Below are positions 1 to 12,210 of a DNA stretch of 64,000 nt, piece by piece. The stretch's first letter is position 1. Every line of letters starts with the position of its first letter. The notes under the pieces are model-generated. The model searched no databases. It was not told the DNA's origin and saw only the letters and a list, made by a program, of their open reading frames with translations. The stretch is taken from assembly GCA_038496445.1 (NCBI GenBank), contig JALMLS010000097.1, positions 124,001 through 188,000 on the forward strand, read 5' to 3'. Position numbers and translations under genes: made by a program. This stretch comes from Trichosphaerium sp. ATCC 40318. Lineage: Eukaryota > Protista > Tubulinea.

Positions 1-1481
1 TGAGCAGGTTTGTTGAAGGCAAAGACCCACGCAATATTGAGTTGATATGGGACCAGGTTACACATCAGTAAAGCTTGTCGTAGCAATCATCTGACTTGTT
101 ACTTAGATGTACCGTGCCACCCTACCATATGGAAGAAAGGTAATTTTCCCTTGAACTTTCTAATGACTTGTCCTGACAGACGTTTTAAAAGGGCTTAACA
201 ATACATGCTATCAGTGCTGTTGATCTTGCATTATGGGATATTCTTGGAAAGTTAAGAGGTGAACCTGTGTACGCACTGATAGGAGGCAAAACCACAGACA
301 AGGTAAACAAACTTATAAAAAATCTTTTAAAAAAGTTGACATCCTTAACTTTGTTGTAGCTTCCTGTCTACGCTACAACTGCTAAACCACTCTTGGCCAA
401 GAACATGGGCTTCAAGGTGAGGTCAAGAAAATGATAAGCTTTAGTACAATGGAAATATTCTTAACTCGTTTTGTTCACACCAGGCTGCAAAGTTTCCACT
501 TCCTTATGGTCCTAACGATGGTGAGAAAGGATTCAACATGAATGTAGCACGTGTCAAGGTACGTAAAAATATACTTTCAGCTTCAACTTTTGATGTTTGA
601 GAATATAGGAGGTCAGAGAAAGCGTAGGACCTGAGTTCCGCATTATGATTGATGTGTACATGTCTCTCACTGTTCCTTATGCTATTCGCCTTATTAAGGC
701 TATTGCAAAGTATAACGTGTACTGGTTTGAAGAGTTTCTTCATCCAGATGATTACGAAGGTTATGCTGAAGTTAGGGTAAGAAATACTCATCACAAGGTT
801 AATTCAAAAAATAACTCGAGATAGCGTGCTACTGGTGGCGTTATGATGCTCACATGTGGAGAACATGAATATACGCGCTATGGTTTTAGACAGCTAATAT
901 CAAAGAAATGCTGTGATCTTCTCCAACCTGATGTAAACTGGGTTGGTGGTCTGACTGAGGTAAGGATGTACTTTCTCTTTCTCTTCCCAAACTGATTGGT
1001 TTTTTTTCAAACATCTCAAAAAAAATACATGTAGTTTTCTAACACGTGTTAATAGGCCCGTAAGATTGTTTCAATGGCAAGTGCTTGGGACTTACCTGTT
1101 ATACCACATGGATCATCAGTATTTTCGTATCACTTACAATACGCTTTTACTAACTGTCCAATGGCTGGTATGCTATTTTTTCTTTTTGTTTACCAACTCA
1201 CTTGTGTGATACGATCGTAAACTTATTTTCTCTTTCAGAGTACCTTGTAATGAGCCCAGGTGCTGACAAGATAGTACCATTATTTGGAAAGCTTTTCAAA
1301 GACGAACCTGGTACACTCTTTATTTTGAACTTGTTTCTTTCCTTGTTCTCATTTTTTTCGTGTTGTAGTACCAAAGGATGGTTACATTGTACTACCTAAC
1401 AAACCAGGATGGGGTGTAGAGTTGAACAAGGATGAATTGAACTTTATTAGACCATATCCACGCACAGAAACTAAACAATGA
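1..1481 (+). CDS. rhmD: L-rhamnonate dehydratase (enolase/mandelate racemase superfamily), 5'-partial, 9 introns
   Basis: Spliced translation: ..[119 protein letters not shown]; stop TGA 1479-1481. Confidence 0.9.
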
Positions 1482-1625
1482 GCGTATTCAAAAACACAAT
1501 AAACAGAAAATAGCACATATTATTCACTTTTACGCCGACTTTAATCCTTGTCTTACTATGCTTGCACTTTTTTCTCGTAGGCCTAACTAGGTGGATGGAA
1601 ACTAGAGTTAAACCAGTAATTTGCT

Positions 1626-3088
1626 TTATTGCGTTGCCGAAAAAACAGCAGAGGTGTTAATAGGATTCCCAGTACCAGTTCTTCTCATCTCACCGACTGA
1701 TTTTGAAGAACCAGGTATACCTCCAAAAACAAGCCAATTCTGATCGTTCAACTGTGACATAGTATGGCCACTACGACGTAAATTTATCCAACCTTCAACA
1801 TCTAGCGTATCCCAAGACATATCATCTGCATTGTAGTTAGCAAATTCTATCTCATCACGTGACAAATCATTACCTAAATGAAGGACATGCACGGCATTAC
1901 AGACTTCTGAGTTGCTCAAATTGCCATACCCGCCACACATAAGTAGTCGTTTATCGTCAAGTTGTATCAACTTATGTCTACAACAAACACTTTTAAAAAC
2001 AACACGGCACTACTTCACATTGACTTGCCTGCATCTCGTTTGTGGTAGAACACCTTTACATTGTATCTTTTGCCAACAAGCTTTCTCTACCATGCGTCAG
2101 TGTAAGTCTACAAAACCTTAAGGTACCTGAATTAAAGGTGTGCAAACCAGCTAATGTTGTGCCATCATAACCACCATGCATGTATACCGTGTCATTCGTT
2201 CTGTCTTGCACACATGCGTGCCAACGTCTAGGCGATGGTATACTTCCAGTCGACTTTATTGTCTCCCATGTTGATGTGGCTGTTTAAAGACGGCATAAAC
2301 AACTGTGTTGCTCTACAGCAGCTAGAATAAAACAGTACCTATATTGTACATTGCTATCGTCTCAACAGGACCGGTATCATTCCAACCGCCATGTACGAAT
2401 AGCCGACCTGAAGTTGACGTTAGTCGTTGCACAAAGCAAGCAAGAAAAACTAAAGAGGCTCAAAAATACTCTACCCTGTAATTGCCAACCCACGTGCCAT
2501 CTCCTTCCAACAACAGTACCTGATTTTACTTTATGGACAATATTGTTACACTGTCTTAAGGCTGTTTGACGAACAAGTAAGATAAGAAACATGTGTAACA
2601 AAAAGAGAGCTTGTTTTTTCATACGCAGATTAACAGCTTTGACATCACCAAGAACGACACGTTTTGAATCATAGCCACCGTGAATATAAAGTGTGTCATC
2701 TACAAGGAATGTCACGTGACCAGCACGTCCTTCAATAGCATCTCCAGTGAGTTTGACTAAGAGTATGTTATGTCATCCTAAAAAAAGGTGCAAGTACCTT
2801 TCTGCCATTTCAAGTCAATGTCTTGACCTAAAAAACCACTCAGTATCGTTGCAAGTGACACTGGATAGGCTTACATATATTGTCTATCCCTTTGAGACGC
2901 CACATGTCATTTGTGCGCTTAGAGCCGTCATAGCCTCCAAATATAACCACAGAACCTTTATAGACGTCTGACGAATGCCCTGATATTGGTGGCAGCACGT
3001 TTTCGTTTGAAATAGAGTACAGCTATCATAGGCACTTTTAGCGTGTTTCAACCGAATTTTACAGTACTCTACCGCAGTGATACGTCAT
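1626..3088 (-). CDS. Kelch-repeat beta-propeller protein
   Basis: Repeated (S/A)GH..xxFGG/HGGY motifs (ISGHSSDVYKGSVVIFGGYDG; GRAGHVTFLVDDTLYIHGGYD; RRWHAC..YMHGGYDG; RRSGHTMSQLNDQNWLVFGG); start uncertain. Confidence 0.8.
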
Positions 3089-3356
3089 TTATGATGCTTT
3101 ACAGGTATTTGGTGGGGTATAGGCTACAGTTTACTTAACGGACGCAATTCAACAAACTTCCATTCAATTTCGCTATTTCACGCGTCAGAAACAGCAGTTA
3201 CGAAGCCCCACAGCAAATGGCATACGTACTACACACTAAGCAAGAATATAGTAATTAATAGCTGTGGAGGCTCTAACTGGCGTTGGTGACCCGAATTCGG
3301 TTCGATAACGCGTCTTCTACCGTTTCTAGGTGTTTGTATCTACAAACGTCACAATA

Positions 3357-5011
3357 ATGAAATCAATACGCGCAGGGCGCACTAAACGCGCATATACAGC
3401 AATAAAAAGCAGATCACAAAGAATACAGTTGTTTAATGACATTGGTAAATCTCTCAAGATTAAGACCTTAGACGGATGGTATCAAACATCAGGTGACAAA
3501 GTAGTAGAAGCTGGTGGCGGCGGCGTTATAAAAAACTAGTGAGTGACTGATTGCAACAGTTGTCAACATTTGACTTTCCACGCTTAGCTACGGATCCTCG
3601 CTGAAGAAGTGTCTGATAGATCTGTACCCTCGCTACGCATGGCGGCGAGAACTCTTCATGTGCGCTTAATTCCTTGTCGTTAACCTGACACAGTGAGTAG
3701 CTACACTCCATCTGGTTACTGGCACAGTGAGATCAACCAAAAAAGAGCCTTGGACGATATTGCTAAGAAACTACGCATCCTAATCCTAGACGACTGGTAC
3801 AACATTAATGGAAGCGATATCAAAGAGATAGGCGCCTTTGCCGTCGTTCAACTGTGAGTAAACACAATGAAGAAGCTGACTAACACGTCCTAAAATTACA
3901 GTTACGGAGAGTCTCTAATAGACTGCGTATCTTCGCTATATCCCAATCACAATTGGTTACCATGGCGCTTTACGTACGAGTAGATGTATAAAATGATGTA
4001 AATAGAACTTAATCGCTTTGAGATAAGTCGATGTCCAGATGGTTACTGGGAAGATGCAACACGTAGACAACAAGCAGTCGATTATATTGGCCAATGTCTT
4101 AACATAAAATTAATGCGAGACTGGTACAATTGTAGTTGCAGTAAACTGAGGAACCACGGCCTAGCGAACATTCTGTCATAGTGCGTACTAACATCCTTAC
4201 AGTCACATTAACATTGCGCTTCCACTAGTTACAATAGCTCCTTATCAGAGTGCCTACAAGATGTTTACCCTGAATACAACTGGCTACCCTGGAAGTTCAG
4301 GCAAACAACCATTAGATTCTTGGTGCTTATTAACCCAAATCCAGCGCTGCTCCTCAAGCTTTTTGGTCCACTGTAACGAATCAACGCCGTGTTTTGGAGC
4401 ACGTGGCAGCAGAACTAGAAATAACAGATGTAACCGGCTGGAGAAAAGTAACAACCCAGTATCTTATTGATATTGGCCTAAAAACCTTCATTTCCAACCA
4501 GTATGGATGAACAACACTCTTTATTTAAACTAATTACTCTTACTTGTAGGTACAACAATAGCATTGACAAAGCGTTAAAAACAGTCTTTCCAACATACAC
4601 AGAGGCACCAAGGCAGCTAGCACCATCGTACTGGAGCATCGAGCAAAATCAACTAGACTTTCTGAGGCATGCAGCAAGAGTACTTAACGTCACAAGAGAA
4701 CAGGACTGGTACACTTGGCAGCCATCCAATTACCAGAAATCCTCATCGGTATCTTTAGGTATCGCGTAGCGCGAACACAGATGCTGCAACTAAGCGGCCA
4801 TGGCATACTACCATACTATCCACATGCTCTATCTATGATGTACCCAGCTTATTCTTGGGATTGGCAAAAATTCGAAAAACCAAACAAAAAATCTTTGCAA
4901 AGGTACCTTTGACCGAAGCAACCAAAAACTGACGAAGCTTTGTCTAGATTACTACAAGCAGCAGTGAAATCTTCTTTCGAAAATAAACTGACGCAAAGCA
5001 CAAACCTGTAA
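3357..5011 (+). CDS. Uncharacterised repeat protein, about 5 x ~68-aa repeats (PxGYW..NQR..LD.I...L.I..LDDWY......I...GG......YxxSL...L..LYP...W..W.F); 9 introns
   Basis: Hand-spliced exons give DGWY, DDWY, RDWY, TGWR and QDWY repeats; basic N-terminus; start uncertain. Confidence 0.75.
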
Positions 5012-5217
5012 AAATAGAAAACAAAATCCCTCCAAAAACAATTTAAATATTTCGTTAATAATTTTGCATTGGCAAACCGTGAGCTACTCGTTTTCCTCAG
5101 CGCAATGGTCACATACGCTTACAACAAAGCGAAAGAGAAATGGCAAGTTTTAACCGTTATTATTACAAAAGCAAAAGTTTGCAAAAGACGCAGTAGAGCG
5201 AGTTGGAGCGTTAAGGA

Positions 5218-5233
5218 GGTGTTAAAAAACACC
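5218..5233 (-). promoter_or_regulatory. Histone 3' stem-loop of H4 mRNA (GGTGTT-TTTT-AACACC)
   Basis: 6-bp stem with 4-nt U loop, about 20 nt after the H4 stop; identical to the H3 copy. Confidence 0.9.
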
Positions 5234-5254
5234 AAATATTTGGTAATAAACCAT

Positions 5255-6213
<959 letters not shown>

Positions 6214-6236
6214 ATTACCCATCTGGGTTAACCCTT

Positions 6237-6252
6237 GGTGTTTTTTAACACC
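6237..6252 (+). promoter_or_regulatory. Histone 3' stem-loop of H3 mRNA (GGTGTT-TTTT-AACACC)
   Basis: 6-bp stem with 4-nt loop, 23 nt after the stop. Confidence 0.9.
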
Positions 6253-6338
6253 TCCTTACTGCTACAAAACTCTATTTTTGCCTTACCGTCAAGTCTTATT
6301 CAAAAATACTAGTTGGTTTATTTTAAAATTACCGTTAT

Positions 6339-7541
6339 TCATCGGCTAAACAATCTTTTACTGTTTGTTGTAGGTCGTCGAAATATTTGCTGACGTTGTC
6401 GTAGCTTTGTGTGAAATTGGTTATTGGCAATAAATAGTTTGTATCTATGCTGCTTTAGTTTTTTGATTAATGAAGTATACTTACCGGTGTCTGTTACGCC
6501 GTGCGACAGTGTTTGAAGCGCGCTAATGCAGTGGGCGCTCTGTAAAATGTTTTTCTGTTCGCAAGCGATTGTTAGCGTCTTCAACACCTTGTTTATTCGC
6601 GCTTTTGAACTGCCGAGCGCTTGTTGGTATTCTACGCGTTTCAATTTGTCAACGATGCGAATGAGCTCTTTGGCTGATGTGACGAGTTCTGTTGTGTCGT
6701 GGCTAGTGGCTAACTTCACGCAAGCGTCTACGCAGTCGGTCTTGGACTGGTTATCTTTAAACACTGCTTCGAGCTTGTCGCCCCATTTCTACTCTCGTCA
6801 GTTGCAATTGTGGTGATGATGTTTTGTACGTATGGAGGTGCGTTGTTAATGATATTGATGATATTAATGTTGGCTTCAACTATTTCGAGCGCTATTGAGC
6901 GTTGGTTCTCTACTCCATTGATGTTGAGTAGTGCTAGGTTTTCTATTTTATTGGGCGCCTTCATGGCCTTTTCGGCGCGTTGTACTCGTTTCTCATCTGT
7001 GACTTCTTCTGGTGGCTCTGGTTCTGCTATAGAATCCTCATAGCATGAATCCCTATGCCACACGTTAACCTCAATCGAAGCATTTCAATGAAAAAACTCT
7101 GTTGTACCCGTATTCCATGAGTATGGGAGCTACAATTGTAAAGGTAGGTTTTGGGCTTGTCATCGTTATATCCTTCACCGTTTAGCTTGCAAAATGTCAT
7201 TTAAAATACCTGTAACAGCGTGTTACCATCTAACGGCGTGGGGTCTTCGAGCCTGTACAAGTTGTAAGGGCGTATTTTATACAATACATGTTTAGTTACG
7301 TGAAGAGCTGTAAATTCGCATCAAGCTTCTCCTTTCGCGAGCGCTTTATTATTTCCAGTTTAAAATCGGCAACTGAGCCATTTGGTAGGAATGGAATTGC
7401 TAGCTGCCTTGTCGCGAGCTAGGCACCGCTGTAAGTATTTCAACGCGCGTTGACAGCGCTGGTGAAGTTAAATAATAACCGTTTGGCTACACTTGTTAAT
7501 ACGCGTACTTGTACGTAAAATCTAGTCTTGGTCTGCTTCAT
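6339..7541 (-). CDS. Hypothetical protein (multi-exon)
   Basis: MKQTKTRFYVQ..LAIPFLPNGSVADFKLEIIKRS..; ORFs 6728-7063 and 6339-6764 probably joined by a short intron; no family recognised. Confidence 0.5.
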
Positions 7542-7871
7542 AGGTTGTTTATTAAATGTCTTTTCCCTGAAACTTGCAATAGACTTTAAGGGAACTTCGA
7601 TGTGACAACAAAAGGCGTTTACAGATATAAATACGCGTGAATTTGCCTTGTAATTGAGTATTAATTAATATACATGTCAGGGTTGGTTTTTCTTATTTGT
7701 GGCCATGCCTTGTAATATTACATATATGGTATTGCGTCAAACCCAGACGTCGTGCGTTGAAAAATTGGGTTGCGTACAATGTATACCAAAAAAAAGAAGA
7801 GAAATAGCTACAGCACGTTTTCTTACTGGGTTGAGGCCAAATATTCACAGACTTGCGTTGGTGGCTTTGTT

Positions 7872-9172
7872 TTAAATAGCGTATGGATCTCCAGCGATAT
7901 CATCAATTGTACGTAGCCTATCAGCGTCAAGCCAGTTTTCAAGGTTATTAAGACGTTGTCCAGGAGAAGGCTTGTAGAGCATGTCAAGGAAATCTACCCA
8001 AACTGCAAAACGTTCTCTTCTTGCTTTACGGCATTCAATAGCCTCTGCAAGAGCGAGTGTATGATCTTTGCCTAATGCGTTTGCCACTCTTCTACATGCA
8101 AACGTCAAAAAATGAAAGGCCATTATTTGGTCGCGTACGTATCGGCTCCTATTTCTTTTACATTGGCGTAATACACGTGAAATGCGGCAGCTGCTGTTAT
8201 AGCGACACCGTGTAGAATCACGTAGTTGTAAAACATTGTTATCTGATTAGGATCAAGTTAGTTCTCTGTTTTGTACGGGGAGGTGTACCTTTGGATGAGT
8301 GGCAAAGTAGAAGTAACCAAGCACGCAAGCGTATAATCCTGCACCAGGTACAGTAGAGTAGTTTGTTGCTTTAACAATCTCTCTGGCTATTGTAGCTTCT
8401 CTCAGTGTCTTAAATGGAAAGTATTGTCCCTAAATAAAAATGAAGTCAGACACTAATTTTTGATTTTTTGTTTTGCGTGTCAGTCCGCTTTTTCCAACGT
8501 ACCTTGCCCATGACATTCAACCGTACTTCTGGCGGTAGTGTACTAAATGATGTCACAAAAAACGCGTACAATGGGCTTTCTCAGCGTTCGCAAAGGGCAA
8601 TTTTTGATTTTTAATTAAACAACATATTTGACGCACCTTATTGGTCCCTTGAAGGCGTATTGCGCGCTCTCTATTTCTTCGTCCGCTTCACCGCCCATAA
8701 ACTCAGTTATACCGCGTGAGAGAATAATGACTGGACCACCGTAACTAACATTAACCGGTAAGTATACTCACCACTGTTGTTGCGTCACAGAGCATTTTTA
8801 GAGCGTTTGGGAGCGACCATACGCATTTAACACGGAGCATGTACATACCTCAACAATGAGCCTCTAGTTTTCGTCTGGCTACCGCTATACCACTGAATTC
8901 GTTCTCTTACTTCTTGACTGATGCCCAGACGGTCACAAAGTAAATCTGCTTCATCTAGCTTGTCTTGTCGGCCCATTTTCACAGAGTAGTAGTCCTGAAA
9001 CTGCATCCTACGCCATTATTATTTTACTAGTTGTTCAAAAGCGAGCTCTAAGCACTCCCGACGCGCATAGTTACTATTCATACCATAAAGAAGGCCATAC
9101 ATGGTTTAGTGTAATATGTAGCGAGCCAGCCGTTATTACGCCCGCTCTGAATAGCTGCAATGCAAGCGACAT
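7872..9172 (-). CDS. Membrane protein, possibly TMEM177-like / degenerate M48 peptidase fold
   Basis: MSLALQLFRAGVITAGSLHITLNHVWP..; EATIAREIVK followed by two hydrophobic segments; C-terminal YKPSPGQRL. Confidence 0.4.
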
Positions 9173-9406
9173 GCTACGACTGCGTAAGACGGTTGTTTAT
9201 TCTTGTTGTCAAGCGTTGTAAAACGAGTGGTTTAGTCAAAAACAATCTTGTAGCTTGAAGCAGCACGCCTCAGGCCCATTTGATAATCACATGGTATCAC
9301 AGCACCGCCGTGTAAGGACAGTACACGACAGTATGTGAATGATGTGTTTATGTCGAATCACATTGCTGGTTATGTTGTTGTATTTTGAAACTATAACGCT
9401 GCAGAC

Positions 9407-11260
9407 ATGGCAAAGCGAGTACGCAAGCTCCACAAGCAGAAGTCTATGACTATAGACTTCCCGAGGCAAAACAAAACGGCGAAAGTACAGGATATTTACG
9501 ATATTGGCAAAGTACTTGGCGAAGGAGCATTTTCTGTTGTGAGGTAACGGTTAGACTTCATGTCTGTTTTTCTCGCCGCAAGCGCTGTAGTTAAATTGGT
9601 TAAACGTTTTTGGTAGAGTAGGCGCAGTAAAAGGCAAACCAGAGGAAAAATGGGCTGTCAAGATTGTAAATAAGCGCAATACGAACTCAAAACAAATGCT
9701 AGAGGAGATTAACGTGATGGTACATTTTTATTGTTTCTCGTACTCCAAAATGCATCAAACTCTGCTTTCCGCTGATCATCCGACTTTCTTAGGCCGAGTT
9801 AGACCATCCGAATCTCGTTCAATACAAGGAGCTGTTCAATACGTACAAGGACTTTTACGTTATCCTCGAATACATCACTGGAGGCGAGCTATTTGACAGG
9901 ATTATCAAACTAAGACGTTACACCGAAAAACATGCCGCAGAAACAATCAAAGACTCGTTAAATGGTTTAAAACACATGCACGAAAAGGGCTTGGTTCACA
10001 GGGATATTAAGTATCCAACTATGACGCGTCACAAATGGCGTTCGACAGTTTTTTTGCCGTTTGTGTTTATCGATTTTTATTTTCTCCCTTAACGTACCAA
10101 AAGACCCGAAAACCTCCTGTTGGCATCTGAAGCCGATGACGCACCTGTAAAAATTGCTGACTTTGGATTTACAACGTATGTAATTTCTATCTAAAAGGAG
10201 AAAAAAAAGATCGTGATTCCTGCGTTTGTTCACTTTTTTTTTAAGCAAGGTAGAGGATGATGCCGTGTTAAAGGAGTTTATGGGAAGGTACGATAATTTA
10301 ACAAGTTTTATTGAACGGAGTGTAACGTCTATAGTGTCCCGTACATGGCTCCAGAGTTAGCGCTGTTGTATGAGACAAGCAGAGGAAAGGCCGGATACGG
10401 CAGACCAGTCGATGTTTGGTACGCACGAGAAAGTATACTTGTGATTTAATTGTTAATTTGTAGGGCAATCGGTGTTATCATGTACATTCTTTTGAGTGGT
10501 ATACATCCTTTCCAGATGGATGACGATGATGAAACCATAGAAGCCATATTAGAAGCTGACGATTTGCCATGGTATGGAAAAAATTGGGACGCCATTAGTG
10601 ATGCTGGTAAAGAATTATTAAAGATGATGTTGGTACGCATTCAACCAGTTGCCAATTTTTTTTAAATGGTTGTCAGGAACCTATACCTTCAAGACGTGTG
10701 ACAGCAGCCGACGCTTTGAAGCACAGATGGTTTGTTGAAATGCTTGGCCAAAGTCACGAAGAGGCTCCAGAAGTGCCTAAGGGTGTTTCTGAGGAATTGC
10801 GTAAATTTCAAGTACGTCTTTGTAGGCAACTACGTTGGATTTATCGGCGTTCTAATGTTAATTTTATTTGATGGCGCTTTTTTTCTTTGTACCCACTTGC
10901 TAATTTCATTGAACAGGCTCGCCGCAAGTTTAGAGGTGCCGTCAATGCTATTCGTGTTGTCAATAAAATGAAAAACTCCCTCGCTGCTCTTTCTCTGGGA
11001 AAACCGGATGAGGAAGAGGAGGGCACCAATGACAGTTGGACATTGGCTGTACTTCGTGCTAAACCGACGCCAGAAGGCAAGTTGAAACAAAAAAAAACAA
11101 ATTTTGTATTAACACATTTACAGGATTGGACGCCATGAAGCTTGAGACATACCTGTCTGATAAGGACTTCAAGGACGTATTCGATATGGAGAAAGCAGAG
11201 TTCTACAAACTAAAAGAGTGGCGACAAAATAAGTTGAAGTTGGAGCAAGGTTTAATTTAA
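9407..11260 (+). CDS. CAMK-group Ser/Thr kinase with CaM-binding segment and C-terminal villin headpiece
   Basis: LGEGAFSVV, WAVK, GGELFDRII, VHRDIKPEN, DFG, YMAPE, DVWAIGVI; LRKFQARRKFRGAVNAI; PEGLDAMKLETYLSDKDFKDVFDMEKAEFYKLKEWRQNKLKLEQGLI. Confidence 0.92.
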
Positions 11261-11343
11261 AGACAAAGTTTTGTTTTTTGAAGAAAATATTTCATTAGAA
11301 TAATTGATAAAAATACACTTTTTGACAAAACTTCAATGCCCGT

Positions 11344-11916
11344 TCACTTTTCTACTATAACTCGACCTTGGTCATACTCTTCTTTTTTTGTTAGTTCTCC
11401 ATTACTTTTCCAAGTCGAAAAAGTACCGTGTAGATCTCCACAATCATAGAAACAACGAACGTGCATTTTACCATTTGGAAACCAAGAAATGTACTCTCCT
11501 ACTAATTTTCCTCTTTTATACGCACACAACCAGCTCGGGTTACCGTTTGAGTGCCAACCTTCATATTTACCCTCTTTTTTGCCATCTACAAATGTACACA
11601 ACCACTGCCTCTGCCCATTCATGTGCCATCCTTTGTGGATGCCGTGTCTTTTGAAGTATTTGTAATGTATTTCTTTGTAGAGCTGACCGTTCTTGTGCCA
11701 TTTTCTTTCTATTGATGGTTTACCGTCTTCAAAGCGTGTTTCCTCGCCTCTTGTAAATGGCAGTTTTTTAAACCATCCTTGTTTGTTCAAGTGGCCGTTA
11801 AACCGAGAAGATACAGCGAGCGTTAAGGACAGTGTCGGCCATAGTTTATAAATCCCAGGATCGAGGACTGATATCATTGCGAGAATCTCTGGCGGTAGTA
11901 ATTCTAATTTGAGCAT
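11344..11916 (-). CDS. MORN-variant (MORN_2/YwqK-like) repeat protein with F-box-like N-terminus, intronless
   Basis: LELLPPEILAMI then 24-aa repeats (W H/F x NG..Y/F..GK..G). Confidence 0.8.
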   Translation of the reverse strand: MLKLELLPPEILAMISVLDPGIYKLWPTLSLTLAVSSRFNGHLNKQGWFKKLPFTRGEETRFEDGKPSIERKWHKNGQLYKEIHYKYFKRHGIHKGWHMNGQRQWLCTFVDGKKEGKYEGWHSNGNPSWLCAYKRGKLVGEYISWFPNGKMHVRCFYDCGDLHGTFSTWKSNGELTKKEEYDQGRVIVEK

Positions 11917-12210
11917 CTGTGCTATTTGGTAGTAGCAGAGTGAGCGTACGCGTCAAGGTTTACAATTGTGGCACTTCAGAGTATGGCTTTGTTTAAAATA
12001 CGTACAATCTTTGAAACACGTATTTAATCGCTTGGTTACTTTGCCTGCCGCCATTTATTACACATTGCGATACTTTTGAATGGTTATAACAATCACATGA
12101 ACGCCATTGCTCATGATTATTCTTGACCATAATTTGTACGCGGGGTTTTAGAAACCGAAGAGCACATACAGGTGTAGTTCCATTACAACTCAATACGCCT
12201 GACGAAAACC

